From an uncultured cyanobacterium (lineage in GTDB: Bacteria; Cyanobacteriota; Cyanobacteriia; Pseudanabaenales; Pseudanabaenaceae), in contig OY969811.1 of assembly GCA_963703315.1 (NCBI GenBank), forward strand, positions 2,112,001-2,176,000: DNA of 64,000 nucleotides. The letters run 5' to 3'. This document shows positions 42,507 to 55,100 of the stretch, piece after piece. Under the pieces are notes generated by a model that saw nothing but the letters and a program-made list of their open reading frames with translations, had not been told where the DNA came from and did not search any database. Both the position numbers and the translations under genes were made by a program. The number at the start of each line of letters is the position of its first letter. The stretch's first letter is position 1.

Positions 42507-43529
42507 ATGCCATTTAGACAATTCACTAATAAATTTCATCGCGCTGTATTGATATCTCTTACGACTTTAGGAATTGCTATTGGTCTCAATGCTTGCGTTA
42601 GTCCTAATAATAATCAAAAACCTGAAGAAGCGAAATCACCTGTTCCAATTTTTTTGTTTATGCAAGCTTCTCCTGATGGTAAGACGATTGAGGGAATTGT
42701 CCCGTCAGATCTAGTGGAACAATTTGGTAGCTTAGATCGGGTCATTCAATCGATCCCTGTGGGGAGTAAGTTTTCCTTGATCCAGTTTGGTAAGCCTCTG
42801 GGGATGTTTCAGGTGAGTGCAGTGCGAGGTTCCGATGCTTTTGGGGCGATCGCTAGTTTTAAAGTGCAAGCGCCTACGGAAGGTGATAAGAATCAAACCG
42901 TGAAACCCTTAGATCCTGCGGTATTGCGTCAGCCTAATTTAACGATTGTGGCAAGTGATCGCATTAATACGGCGACCAGCGATCGCACTTACTTTTTTAA
43001 CTGTCCTAGCAAAATTCAGCCCCTTGTGTTGGAAAAGTCCCGCAATTTATTTCTAAAATTAGGGGCAAATCAAGCGGCAACTTCCCAAGTGGCGATCGCC
43101 TCAGTAGTTTGTGCCGATATTGATGGTGATCAGCAGCCTGAGATCATTGCAGGTTTACGCCTTGACAATTCCCTCCGTCCCACAGGTATTCCCGATCCCC
43201 AAGCATGGAAAGAGTTTTTGTCACGTCCTGCGATCGAGCGTCAGGAGTACAGTATGTTAGTCATGTTGCGAAAATCTGGTAATGATTGGATTTCAGAACC
43301 AATTTTGACCCATACGCGAGCGCTTTCTTATATCAATGATAGTGTCAGTAGTTATGCGCTCTTTGGTATTCAAGAAGTTAGCGGCGATCGCTATCCCGAA
43401 ATCATTGTCCAAGAAATTGGCTTAAATTCCCTTGATGTGCGCGTTTTTACGCCTAATGTGGACGCACAGGGCAAATGGCAATGGCGGAGTTATTACCAAA
43501 ATCAGCGATCGCTAAATATTGTGCAGTAA
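42507..43529 (+). CDS. Hypothetical lipoprotein with FG-GAP-like Ca-binding loop
   Basis: Lipobox LNAC after a hydrophobic segment; ADIDGDQQPEII motif; start taken at ATG 42507. Confidence 0.7.
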   Translation: MPFRQFTNKFHRAVLISLTTLGIAIGLNACVSPNNNQKPEEAKSPVPIFLFMQASPDGKTIEGIVPSDLVEQFGSLDRVIQSIPVGSKFSLIQFGKPLGMFQVSAVRGSDAFGAIASFKVQAPTEGDKNQTVKPLDPAVLRQPNLTIVASDRINTATSDRTYFFNCPSKIQPLVLEKSRNLFLKLGANQAATSQVAIASVVCADIDGDQQPEIIAGLRLDNSLRPTGIPDPQAWKEFLSRPAIERQEYSMLVMLRKSGNDWISEPILTHTRALSYINDSVSSYALFGIQEVSGDRYPEIIVQEIGLNSLDVRVFTPNVDAQGKWQWRSYYQNQRSLNIVQ

Positions 43530-43533
43530 TAGT

Positions 43534-43670
43534 TAGGGCTTACGCAAATTAACCAAGAACTCAAGTTCTTGGCTCAAAGCTAAAGTCAGCTAAAGCAGAC
43601 TAACCAGTTCTTCAGATCAACCCCTTTCAACGGGTTTAAGCTTTCAGCCCGTAATTTATTACAGGGCTAT
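43534..43670. repeat. Composite dispersed repeat between convergent genes
   Basis: tagggcttacgca end, ccaagaac/gttcttgg hairpin, agccc...gggct hairpin. Confidence 0.55.
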
Positions 43671-43672
43671 TG

Positions 43673-45562
43673 CTACTGAGCATGGAAATGATTATAAATA
43701 TGTTGAGCTAACTTTTTGCCGATACCTTCTGTTTCAGCAATTTGCTCGACCGTTGCTTGACGAATATATTCAACGGAATGGAACTTCTCCAGTAACACCT
43801 TTTGGCGATGATGTCCTAGTCCCGTAATTTGATCGAGGTGCGATCGCTGCATTCGTTGGCTCCGTTTTTGACGATGAAAAGTAATTGCGAAACGGTGAGC
43901 CTCATCGCGCAAACGCCGTAAAAGTTGGACACCTACTCGTTCAGGATCACCACTAACTAATGGCTCTGACTGTTCAGGCAAAAAGATTTCCTCACGTTTT
44001 TTAGCAAGGCTAATCACCGTCAGGCGATCGCGCAATCCTAATTTATCAATAATTTTCATCACCGATGAAAGCTGTCCCTTACCTCCATCAATCATCACCA
44101 GATCAGGAAAATCATCCGTACTTTTGTTTGCAACTCCTTCAGCTAGAGAAGACTCAGATTCAAAGATGGAGTGCTTTCTAAATCTTCTGGCAATCACTTC
44201 CGCAAGGCTGGCGAAATCATCGGAGTGACCCGTCTGGATATCGGGATTACGGATTTTATAATGACGATAATGTTGCTTAGCAGGAAGTCCATCGATAAAG
44301 ACAACTTGACTCGCCACCGCATCGGAACCTTGAATATGCGAGATATCGTAGCCTTCAATGCGATGCGGGAGACTATCAAGATTAAGGATTTCGGCGAGGT
44401 CTTCCAATCCTTGTAAATTGCGATCGCTTTGTTTTTGGATGCGGGCTAACTCATACTGAGCATTGCGCTCCACCATTTCAATTAACTCCGCTTTGACCTG
44501 TCTTTGGGGCGTGGAAATGACCACCTTACGTCCCTTGCGATCGCTGAGCCATGCTTGCAAAATTTCTACTTCAGGAAGTTCCAATTGAGTATGGACTTCA
44601 TTAGGAATTTCTACAGGATCACAGTTTTGATAATGAGACTCTAAAGTACGCTGCAAAATTGCCTCTGGGACATCGCTCTGACTATCCGCCACAAAGGCTA
44701 ATCTGCCCACTAAACGTCCTGCCCGAATTTGGAATAGCTGAATACAGGTATGCTGCTCATCGTAAGCAAGGGCGATCGCATCACGGGAAACCGTATCATC
44801 GGGTAAAGATACTTTTTGATTACTCCCCAGATTTTGTAAAACTTGAATGCGATCGCGTAAATCGGCAGCCTTCTCAAATTCCAAATTCTCCGCAGCAAGT
44901 TCCATTTTCTCCGTAAAAGTCTCGATCAATTCACTAGATCTTCCCTGAAAAATCATGGCAACCCGCAGCATGATTTTGCGATATTCCTCTGGTGAAATTA
45001 GCTCCTGACATACCCCTGGACATAAACCCATATCGTAATTTAGACAGGGACGATCTTTAAACATCGGCATCGGTCTTTGGCGGAGAGGAAAGGCTCGCTT
45101 GATAATTCCCAAAGTTCGCTTGAGATTGAATACATCCACATAGGGACCATAATATTTATCTTTTGTGCCGCCCATTTTGCGTTTGCGGGTGATAAAGATA
45201 CGTGGATACTCCTCTGACCAAGTAATGCAAACATAGGGATATTTTTTATCATCCTTCAGTAAAACATTGTAGTAGGGTTGATATTGCTTGATTAGATTAG
45301 CTTCTAGGGCAAGAGCTTCCGCTTCTGAATCCGTGACAATAAACTCAATTTCATGGACTAACTGCACCATCATCGCAATGCGTGGCGATAAATCCTGACT
45401 ATTACGAAAGTACGATCGCACCCGATTGCGTAAGGCTTTCGATTTGCCGATATAAATTACACCATCGTGGCGATCGCGCATAAAGTAGACCCCTGCTTCC
45501 AGAGGAATTTCTTTCAATCGCACCTGTAATTTTTCGGAGTTTTGCAGTAGAGGCTCAGTCAT
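43673..45562 (-). CDS. uvrC: Excinuclease ABC subunit C
   Basis: GIY-YIG (GVYFM...IYIGKS), [24 protein letters not shown], HhH tail. Confidence 0.98.
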   Translation of the reverse strand: MTEPLLQNSEKLQVRLKEIPLEAGVYFMRDRHDGVIYIGKSKALRNRVRSYFRNSQDLSPRIAMMVQLVHEIEFIVTDSEAEALALEANLIKQYQPYYNVLLKDDKKYPYVCITWSEEYPRIFITRKRKMGGTKDKYYGPYVDVFNLKRTLGIIKRAFPLRQRPMPMFKDRPCLNYDMGLCPGVCQELISPEEYRKIMLRVAMIFQGRSSELIETFTEKMELAAENLEFEKAADLRDRIQVLQNLGSNQKVSLPDDTVSRDAIALAYDEQHTCIQLFQIRAGRLVGRLAFVADSQSDVPEAILQRTLESHYQNCDPVEIPNEVHTQLELPEVEILQAWLSDRKGRKVVISTPQRQVKAELIEMVERNAQYELARIQKQSDRNLQGLEDLAEILNLDSLPHRIEGYDISHIQGSDAVASQVVFIDGLPAKQHYRHYKIRNPDIQTGHSDDFASLAEVIARRFRKHSIFESESSLAEGVANKSTDDFPDLVMIDGGKGQLSSVMKIIDKLGLRDRLTVISLAKKREEIFLPEQSEPLVSGDPERVGVQLLRRLRDEAHRFAITFHRQKRSQRMQRSHLDQITGLGHHRQKVLLEKFHSVEYIRQATVEQIAETEGIGKKLAQHIYNHFHAQ

Positions 45563-45571
45563 AAATCAATT

Positions 45572-45760
45572 TTATACCAAAACTAAAAATGGCTATACCA
45601 TTTTTAGTTTTAAAAACCCTTACTGGGATTGGATTTTATAGCTATAAAGAGAGTGGCGGCGCGAAGCGCCGCCACTCTCTTTTGGTTTTTGTTTTTGTCC
45701 TAACATAACTGACTACAGCTATAATTCACAAAAATGTGACAACACTTTTTCAATTACTAT
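45572..45760 (+). mobile_element. Family B MITE interrupted by a family C-like element (45637-45723)
   Basis: B halves match 6476-6582; insert is bounded by TATAGCT...AGCTATA at a TA site. Confidence 0.75.
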
Positions 45761-46157
45761 TCGGTGGTAACAGATAAAATGGGTAAACCATACTGCGGGT
45801 GTCATGGCTATCCTTAATTTGATACAAAATTTTCATATCTAGTCGCCCCTTAATCGGATCAGGCTCTGCATAAACCCCTATCACTTTAATCCTCGGCTCC
45901 CATCGATTTAACGCCTCTTCAACATAGATTCTAGCTAGCAAAATCGTTTGTGGATTCATCGGCGCAAAGGTCAAATCTGATAAGCGACTACCAAAATTAG
46001 GTCGATATACCCGCTCCCCTAATTTAGTATTTAAAATCGTGGCAATCGACTCCTCCAAATTGCGATCGCCGCTATCGGTTTTTAGTTCACCTTGGACATT
46101 AATGCGTAAGGGAAAAGAAATACCTCTACCCAGATAATCACGGTCTAAGTTGCTCAT
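45750..46157 (-). CDS. GPW/gp25 family baseplate wedge protein (Afp9-like) of a contractile injection system
   Basis: LGRGISFP, ILNTKLGERVYRPNFGS, LNRWEPRI, SMVYPFYL. Confidence 0.92.
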   Translation of the reverse strand: MSNLDRDYLGRGISFPLRINVQGELKTDSGDRNLEESIATILNTKLGERVYRPNFGSRLSDLTFAPMNPQTILLARIYVEEALNRWEPRIKVIGVYAEPDPIKGRLDMKILYQIKDSHDTRSMVYPFYLLPPNSN

Positions 46158-46546
46158 GGAATTTGTTCCGTTACTTGTCCAGCAAAGTTAATCGAAATCA
46201 CACCTCCCCACATACACATACATTTTGAGGAATTGTTAAGCGCAGGAAAATTGTTAATCATTACAGTTGGAGAACCAGGAAACCAAGGCGCTACAGTTAC
46301 AGGGATACAAGGCATCGGTGTTAATACTCCCAAAGCCGCCGCAGTAGCCGCCGCAACCATTGGGTTAGAAGGCGTATTACACATCCCGAAGGGGGGGATA
46401 TTAGCGATCGGCGCAAAGTCCATAATTGATGCAGCAGGTAGTCCACTTGACAGTACAGGCAGACCTTTAGGGATGACAATTAGTGAGCTTGGGGCTATGC
46501 CAAAACTACATTGCAGCAATGCTCCTGTAACCACTTGTTGTCCCAT
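46154..46546 (-). CDS. DUF4280 PAAR-like spike tip protein
   Basis: GALLQCSFG, NIPPFGMC, PMPCIP, CMCMWGGVISI; AGGAGG RBS. Confidence 0.92.
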   Translation of the reverse strand: MGQQVVTGALLQCSFGIAPSSLIVIPKGLPVLSSGLPAASIMDFAPIANIPPFGMCNTPSNPMVAAATAAALGVLTPMPCIPVTVAPWFPGSPTVMINNFPALNNSSKCMCMWGGVISINFAGQVTEQIP

Positions 46547-46590
46547 ACTTTACCTCCTACAGATTGAGTGGCAGCGCTTCGCTTTGCCAC

Positions 46591-48519
46591 TCAATTTATC
46601 ATAACCGTAGCACCTTTAATACCTACAGAGGCGGCTCCATTAATACTCACAGATGCACCTGAACTGGCACTTAACGACCCACCTGCACTAGCACTTACTG
46701 AGCCACTAGATTGTACACTTACTGAACCACCTTGGATGCTTACTGTTCCACTGGTTTTTAATGTAATCCCACTGGGAGTAATTTCTACACTACTGCCACC
46801 TACAGTAAGAGTGATCTTTTGCGCTCCAGTGAGAGCGATTTCACCACCATCCACACTAATTTTACTAGCTGTACCAGTATTTCCAGACTTCACTATGATA
46901 TCGCCAGTGGAAGTTAAACTAATGCTTTTATCATTATCATCAGCACGAAATTTATGTTTGCCAGTAGTTTCTAATTCGGCAAATTTCTCGCTATCATTCA
47001 TGCGTAAATTATGTCCATCAATAGTATTGAGATAAACTCCCTTTTTAGTATCTTTATCTTCTTCTACAAACTGTAATTTATGTCCAACACGAGTTTTAAA
47101 CGTGCGTAAGCGGACTTTCCCATCAACTATAGTATTGGCTACAGTTTCGGGCGGTGCATCAGTTCCATTCCATACACCACCAATCACGTAAGGACGATGA
47201 ATATCGCCATGCTCAAACGCAACTAAAACTTCATCATTTACTTCTGGCAAACAATCAAAACCCCTAGTTATACCAGCACCTACACTGACGACTCTTGCCC
47301 AGTTACTCTCATGCTCTTCCGTCAATGTAGGAAATTTAACTCTGACTCTTCCCCATCCTTTCGGATCTTTATTGTTACTCACGATTCCTACTAGCATCGT
47401 TTGCCCTGGTTGAAGGTGAGTTTTAGATGACAATATAGAGAATAAGTTGCCTCCACGCAAACCGCGCACGCTGAATTGTGTATTATAGGTTCTCTCTCGG
47501 AAGAGATGATGGGTTTCCGTAACATAATAACTACCACTGTAGTTCCCAATATCAGCTAAATTCACCACCTTTCCTGGTCTGATATTGGGATTTCCTTCCC
47601 CTTTAGCATCAGCATTAACAAATTCACCACCTAGTTCATTACATAGCGACTGAGCTATTTTCTGAGCTTCGTTAGTACTAAAAACTGGCTGATCAACCAC
47701 GATCATTTTGGGCTGACTACTAAATTTAGTACTTGCGGCTTTGCCTGTACCACTTTCAGTTTCAGTAAGAACTGTTCCTGTTGATGCTGTAGAAACAATG
47801 GGAATCTTTTGTTGATAATCCCATCCCCTTACTTCAACAGAGCTAACCTGTTCAGCACTCGTAACCCGCACGCGAAAACTATGAATATCTTCCAACCATT
47901 TGAGAGTTAAGGCTTCATCTTGACTAGACTCACGAAAGTTTAACTTCCCATCTTGGACATATAGCTCAAAACCCATACGCGCTGCTCGTTCTCGCAGAAA
48001 TTCCATGTTAGTTTGATTTTCTTGAAAAACATATTCATGGACAATCGTAGTTGCAGTAACAGTTCCAGCAGTAATTCCCACTTCACCAATCAACTGGCGA
48101 ACAACATCGCTATCGGTAACATTTTGGAAAGAGCGATTATAGCGACCTCGGTGTAGTCGATGAGAGATATCATAACCACGAATAATAATGGGAGCCTGCG
48201 ACTTTTCGTTTAGTTCAGTTTCGATCGCTGTGACTTCACCTTCTAATAAATATCCTGTAACTTCTTCAGAAAAGTCTGCATCTTCAGTCGTGCTAGATGT
48301 AAATCCGATTTTTATCTTGTTACCGATCGCAAATTTACTTTGATGCTTCCAAGCGGTGTCTGCGTTACCTGAAAAGTAGTCGTTACTAATAATTATGGTA
48401 AACATTCCTGCTTGATGCAGACTTTCTTCGACGGATATTTGTAAAATATCATTGAGTAAATCGGCGGCGGCAGCAGTTCCATCAATTTCGAGTAATGGGG
48501 TAGATATATACTTTGGCAT
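46591..48519 (-). CDS. vgrG: VgrG-related spike protein (Afp8-like)
   Basis: Q.NQTNMEFL..RA, DP.GWGRVRVKFP, LPEVNDEVLVAFEHGD..RPYV.G, C-terminal SVS..G beta-helix repeats. Confidence 0.93.
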   Translation of the reverse strand: MPKYISTPLLEIDGTAAAADLLNDILQISVEESLHQAGMFTIIISNDYFSGNADTAWKHQSKFAIGNKIKIGFTSSTTEDADFSEEVTGYLLEGEVTAIETELNEKSQAPIIIRGYDISHRLHRGRYNRSFQNVTDSDVVRQLIGEVGITAGTVTATTIVHEYVFQENQTNMEFLRERAARMGFELYVQDGKLNFRESSQDEALTLKWLEDIHSFRVRVTSAEQVSSVEVRGWDYQQKIPIVSTASTGTVLTETESGTGKAASTKFSSQPKMIVVDQPVFSTNEAQKIAQSLCNELGGEFVNADAKGEGNPNIRPGKVVNLADIGNYSGSYYVTETHHLFRERTYNTQFSVRGLRGGNLFSILSSKTHLQPGQTMLVGIVSNNKDPKGWGRVRVKFPTLTEEHESNWARVVSVGAGITRGFDCLPEVNDEVLVAFEHGDIHRPYVIGGVWNGTDAPPETVANTIVDGKVRLRTFKTRVGHKLQFVEEDKDTKKGVYLNTIDGHNLRMNDSEKFAELETTGKHKFRADDNDKSISLTSTGDIIVKSGNTGTASKISVDGGEIALTGAQKITLTVGGSSVEITPSGITLKTSGTVSIQGGSVSVQSSGSVSASAGGSLSASSGASVSINGAASVGIKGATVMIN

Positions 48520-48545
48520 AGTCGGCTTTAGTTAGTTTTAGAAGT

Positions 48546-48617
48546 TTTGTGAATTAAAAACCAAACCCAGTAGGGGTTTGAGATTCCAAAAATGGCGTTG
48601 CTATTTTTGGAATCGTT
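48546..48617 (-). mobile_element. Partial inverted family B MITE inside the CIS operon
   Basis: ttttgtgaattaaaaaccaaacccagta matches the reverse complement of 6525-6552. Confidence 0.65.
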
Positions 48618-48632
48618 ACTACTTTCTACTTG

Positions 48633-49079
48633 TCACAGTTGAGTACTATCGACTTCCTCTAAAGACATATTGACCACTGCGCGGACAGGTGTGCCATCAG
48701 CGAGAAACATAGTTAGTTTATAGCTAACTTGCTTGACAAAGCATTTGAGATATTGGGTTTGTCCCCATGCAAATACATATACTGGTGGTCTTTCGAGTTG
48801 TCCCGTAAAGTCGGTGGCTTTGATGATTGGATCAATTAATGTTAAAACACTGGTTCCTGCTTCGTAGGTATCAAAAACTAAATTGCTTAAGGAAAGGCTA
48901 ACTGGTTCAGGATAAGCAAAGGTAACTTTGGGTAAGCCTGATGCTGTGCGTGCGCCTGCGGAGCGATTAAGGCTAACCGATCGCTGAAATTGTAGTTCAG
49001 TAGGATTGAACTGAAAGTTGATGGCGGCGGCTCCTGCATCGGTGGTGGTGAGCATCGCTTTTACAAGTTGACCTGTCAT
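48633..49079 (-). CDS. CIS tube-initiator protein (Afp7-like N-terminal domain, no LysM)
   Basis: FQFNPTEL, L.FDTYE, RPPVYVFAWG, MFLADGTPVRA signature. Confidence 0.85.
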   Translation of the reverse strand: MTGQLVKAMLTTTDAGAAAINFQFNPTELQFQRSVSLNRSAGARTASGLPKVTFAYPEPVSLSLSNLVFDTYEAGTSVLTLIDPIIKATDFTGQLERPPVYVFAWGQTQYLKCFVKQVSYKLTMFLADGTPVRAVVNMSLEEVDSTQL

Positions 49080-49139
49080 AGTTTTAAATCCTAAAAATTT
49101 ATGGTTTGCCTTAATGGTTTATTTCAACGAATGCGACAA

Positions 49140-52100
49140 CTACCAAGGTAATCGCCCTTGATAGTGAGATCCCTGTCGCTCTTTTTCTATCTCTAAGCGT
49201 TGTTTCAGTAAAACATATATTTCTTGGGCTAAGGATTCAAGGTTTTTAGAGAAATTCTCTTCATCTTCATTTTCCTGCTCTTGTCTTGGTTGAACAGAGA
49301 CCGTTGCTTCTGGCAAATCACTATTTTGTGAATTACCATTTTCCGAACTGCGTTGGATTGCATTAGATATTGAATTGGATTTAGTCTGCACTACTTGATT
49401 AGGATTCCCTTTTTGTAAACCTGTTGGAGTTAAGTATAAGTCTTGATCATTATCACTATTTACATTGTTATTCACGTAACTAGGATCAGGCGATCGCTGA
49501 ATAGTTGTAGTACTGCTAGGTAAACTTGTGGATGAGGTTGAAGTAGAACTTGCTAAAGAACTGCGATCGCTAGAGTTTGTTTGTTGCTTATTTAAAGAGT
49601 TTGTGGAGGAATTACTAGAACTTGTAGGTGGTGGAAGATTAGCAAGAAGTTCTGAAATGTTTGACCATCCCATTGAGCCAGTTTCATTAAGATCAGAATT
49701 CTGCTCATGTTTAGTCTGAATTGTTGTAGGCAAGTTGTTGGACAGACTATTTGGACTAAGCTGATTGGAGCTAGACTTTGATAGCAATCGTTGTGAATTC
49801 GTGATAGGTGATTTAGAGGTTGTCAGTGATGAGAAATTACCTAAATATTCTGTTTGACCAAGATTTTGAATGACTGTGGGTAGTTTTAGCTCTTGGTCAT
49901 TACTGGTATCTGTCATCATCTGAATAATTTTTTGATCCTCATTGTCTGCTGTAGAAATTTTTTGAATCTGTTGAGTGATATCAACCTTTGCAACACTTTT
50001 ATTATAGTCAGTCTCAGATATTTTATCTGTCGAGATATTGCTCTCTGTGACAGGGCTATCTACAGCAATTTTAGTATTAATTAAATTATCATCTCTTTGG
50101 ATTTGTTGAGGATAATCGCTTTCTGTAACAGGATCATCTGAGTTACTTGAAGAAGTTGGAAGACTTTGAACTACTGATATATCTTGAGAAGTTTCGGAAT
50201 TAGAAAAATCATCTTTCCTTTGAATTTGTTGAGCTTGAATACTGTCTAAACTTTTTGAAGAAACCCTATCAGTAGAAGTTTCAGGATTTGGTGCTGCTGA
50301 ACTAGGAGTATCTAAAACTGAGTTGTCTAAAGAAATTTTAGGACTAGTTAAATTAGGGGATTTTTGAATCTTTTGAGTAGTATCTTCTTTTGTAACAGAG
50401 CTATCTGAAAAAGTTTTAGAATTATTTGTTTGGTTTCGTTGGGTGTAATCACTTCCTGAAATACCAGCATTATCAGAAATTGGTTCAGGACTATGAACTA
50501 ATAATGTCTCTTTAGAAATTTCTTGAGTTGATGTGTAATCACTTTCTAAAACAGGACTATCAACAAGAGATTCAGGACTAGTTAAATCAGAAGATCTTTG
50601 AATTTGTCGAGTAACATTGCTTTCTGAAATACTGCTATTAGCAAAATTTGTAGGGCTTGATATTGCTAAAGGATCACTCTCTAAAATAGGATTATCTACC
50701 GAAATTTCAGGATTGGTTAAATCAAATGCTCTTTGAACTTGTTGAGGGCGATCGCTTTCTGCAATATAAGCATCTAAAGTTTCGTTACTTGGAGATACTG
50801 AAGTAACAGTTTCTAAGTTATTGCTACCTAAATTAATTTCAGGAGTGATTAAGTCAGAAGTTCTCTGAATCTGTTGAGGGCGATCGCTTTCTGAAACAGT
50901 ATTATCAGAAGTGGTTTCAATACTCTGAACTAGTGAGGTATCCTTAGAGATTACAGGACTAGTAAAATCAGAAATTTTCTGGATTGATATGTCATCACTT
51001 TTTAAAACAGGACTATCAACAAGAGATTTAGCACTAGTTAAATCAGAGGATCTTTGGATTTTTTGAGTAACATCAGTTTCTGAAATACTGTTGTCAGCAA
51101 AATTTGTAGGACTTGGTATTACTGAAGTATCACTCTCTAAAATAGGATTATCTACCGAAATTTCAGGATTGGTTAAATTAAATGCTCTTTGAACTTGTTG
51201 AGGGCGATCGCTTTCTGCAATATAAGCATCTAAAGTTTCGTTACTTGGAGATACTGAAGTAACAGTTTCTAAGTTATTGCTACCTAAATTAATTTCAGGA
51301 GTGATTAAGTCAGAAGTTCTCTGAATCTTCTGTTGAGAGTGATCGCTTTCTGTAGCAGTGGTATCAGTGGAAGTTTTAAAAGTTAGGTTTGTCGAAGGAT
51401 TAATTTCTTCAACAGGACGAACCACAGAAATTTCAGGGTTAATTAAATTAGACGCTCTTTGAATTTTCTGAGCGCGATCTCTTTCAGAAATTTGGCTATC
51501 AACCAAAATCTTAGAACTAACCACATCAGAAGATTTCTGAATCTGTTCCCTTTGATCGCTTTTTAAAATATTGTTATCAGAGGAAGCTTCAGAACTTTGA
51601 ACTACTGATTTATTGCTATCTACAACAGAAATATCTACAGGAATATTAGGAAAGTCTAAATTAGAGCTTCTTTGAATCTGTTGGGGAAAACCGCTTTCTG
51701 AAATATGACTATCTGAAATATTTTCAGAACTTTGGACTGTTGAAATAGCAGTATCTGAAGCTAATATTTTTCTAGAAATTGTAGAGCTAATAACATCAGC
51801 ATTTCTTTGTATTTGCTGAGTTTGATTAACTTCTGGAACAATGCTATCTAAAGTCTCGTTACTTTGGGATAATGAATTAATAGTTTCTAAGTCATTACTA
51901 CCTAAAGTGATTTCAGGATTGCTTAAATCATCATTTCTCTGAATTTGGGGAGAGCGATCTCTTTCTGAAATGCCTCTCTTAGATAAGGTTTCAGAACTTT
52001 GAACTACTGATGTATCTCTAGAGTTTTCAGGACTATTGATGTCAGAGTCTCTTTGAATTTGTTGAGGTTGATTAACTTCTACGGCGGCACTATCTGTAAA

Positions 52101-55100
52101 ACTGGTAAAACTTGGAATTGGGGTAAGATTACTATCATCTTGTAAGATATTGATATTTAAGGAAGGCACATCTGATAGTTTTGGGATATCCTGAGTGAGA
52201 TTATTTTCTAAAATAGAATTATCTGAAGAACTTATGGGAATTCCTAAATCGGAGCTTCGCTGAACTCCTGAGAGAAGATATTCTCTTGGCGACGCAATAC
52301 TATCTATAGATGGCTTAGAACTAGTTAAGTCAGCAGTTTTTTGAATCGGTTGAGATTGAGTGTCTTGTGAAACAGTAATATCTGAAATAGGGCTATTCAA
52401 ATCAGAAATTATTGGTATTGACTGAGGGCGATCGCTTTCTGGAATATAAGCATCTAAAGTTTCGTTGCTTTGAGGTATTGAAGTGATATTTTCTAAGTCA
52501 TTACTATTGAAAGTAATTTCAGGAGTAATTAAGTCAGAAGCCCTCTGAATCTGTTGAAAGCGATCGTTTTTTGTAACAGCATTACCAGAAACAGTTTCAG
52601 GATTTTGGATTACTGAAGTATTGCTTTCTAAAATAGAACTATTTAGATTAATCTCAGGAGTGTTTAAATTAGAAGTTCTTTGAATTTGCTGAGGGCTATC
52701 ACTTTCTGTAACAGCATTACCAGAAAACATTTCAGGACTGTCAATAACTACTGGAGTACTGCTCTCTGAGATAGTGCTTTTTAGATTAATATCAGGAGTA
52801 ACTAAATCAGAATTTCTTTGAATTTGTTGAGGGTGATCGCTTTCTGCAACAACATCCGAGAATATCTCAGGACTTTGAAATAATGAAGTATCTGTAGAAC
52901 TTTCGGAATTAGAAAAATCATAGTCTCTCTGAATTTGTTGAGATTGATTGCTTTCTAGAAAACTTTTATTAGAAAAAGTTTCAGAACTTTGGACTACTGA
53001 ACTATCACTCTCTAAAATAGAACTATCTACAGGAATTTCAGAACTGGTTATATCATCGTTTCTTTGAACCTGCTGGAGATGACCACTTTCTAAAATAGTA
53101 TTAGTATTATTAGAGAAACTTTTAGAACCTTGAATTACTGATGGATCTCTAGAAGTTTGAGAACTAGTGAAATCCAAATTTCTTTGGATCTGTTGAGGGC
53201 GATCGCTTTCTGAAGGTTGACTATCAACCAAAATCGCAGGACTAGGTAAATCAGAAGAGTTCTGAATCTGTTGAATTTGATCACTTTCTAAAACATTTCG
53301 ATCAGAAAAAGCCTCAGAACTTTGAACTACTGATTCATTGCTATCTGCAACAGAACTACGAGAATCAGAAGATCTTTGAATGTGCTGAGAGGTATTTTCT
53401 TCTGTAACAAGGCTATCTGATGAAATTTCGGGACTAGTAAAATCAGAGGATTTTTGAATCTTTTGAGAGAGAGAGTTTTCTGAAGCAGCCTTATCAGTAA
53501 AGTTTTGAGAACTTTGTACTACTGATGTATCTTTAGAACTTACAAGATTGGCTAAATCTGAATTTCTTTGAATTGCTTGGGGTTGATCGCTTTCTAAAAC
53601 ATCATTATCAGCGAAGTTTTGAGAAATTTCTGGAGTGAGACTACTATCCTTGTGCAAGATATTGCTATCTAGGGGAGATCCATCTAGTTTTCTTTGAATA
53701 TCCTGAATGCGATCGCTTGCTAGAGAATTTTTGTTGATAGAAGTACTGGAGTTAACAGAATCATAGTCTTTTTGAATGTACTGAGTAGTACCTCCCTCTA
53801 CAATAGAACCATCTGATAAAGTTTCTGGACTAGGTAGATCAGATGCTAATTGAATTTGTTGAGTGTTACTACCCTCTAAAATAGAACTATCAGAAAAAAT
53901 CTCAGGACTTTGAAACAATGAAATATCTGTAGAACTTTCAGAATCAGAAAAATCAGCAACCCTCTGAATTCGTTGTGTGTTATTGCTTTCTGGGCAATTT
54001 CTATCAAAGGGATTTTCAGGATTGTGTATATCTGAAATGAGATCACTTTCTACAGGAATGTCTACAAAATTTTCTGAACTAATTAAATTAGTATTCCTTT
54101 GAATTGGCAGAGTTAAATCATTTTGTAAAGCAGCATTATCTCCAGAGGATAAATCAGGCATCCTTTGGATTTTTGATTTATCTTCTCTCGCTGAAACACT
54201 GTTATCAGAAAAATTGATAGGATTTGAGGATTCTAAATTATTATTCCCTAAAATAGGACAATCTAAAGAAATATTAGGAGTATTTAAGTCAGAAGCTCTT
54301 TGAATATGCTGAAAGCTCTCCTTTGCTTCTAAAACAGGACTATCTAGAGTATTTTCAGAACTTTGGGCTATTGAAATATCATTATCTGAAACTGATGTAT
54401 CTCTATGAATTTCAGGGTTAGCAAAAGTTGAGGTTTCTTGAACTGGTTGAGGGCGATCGCTTTCTATAACCCTATTATCAGAAACAGTTTCAGTATTTGG
54501 AACTAGTGAAGTATTGCTCTCTGAAGTAGAACTATTTGGATTGATTTCAAAAGTAAGGAAGTCAGAAGTTCTTTGAATGATTTGAGGGGGTTCTCCTTCT
54601 AGGATAGTATTACTAGAAATAGTTTCAGTATTTGAAGCTGGTAAAGTATTTTTGTCTGAAACAGAGTTGCTTAGATTTATTTCAGAACTTTTTTGGATTT
54701 GTTGATGGCAATCACTTTCTAGAGTATTTTCATCAAAGAATTTTTTAGGATTTTGAACTACTGGTGTATTTTTAGAAGCTTCAGGATTAATTAAATCAGA
54801 GATTTTTTGGATTTGTTGAAAGTCATTACTTCCTAAAATAGGGCTATCTGAAAAAGTTTCAAGATTTGAGGAGACCGATCTATCTAAAGAAATTTCAGGA
54901 TTTGTTGAATCAGAGCTTTTTTGAATTTGTGGATTGTGATCGATTTCTGAAGCAACGTTGTTGTCAGAGAAAGCCTCATGATTTTGAATTATTGACGTAT
55001 CTCTAGTAGTTTCAGGGGTAGCAAAATCAGGATTTCTTTGAACTTGCTGAAAGGCATTACTTTCTAAAACAGGGCTATCAGATAAAGTTTCAAGATTTGA

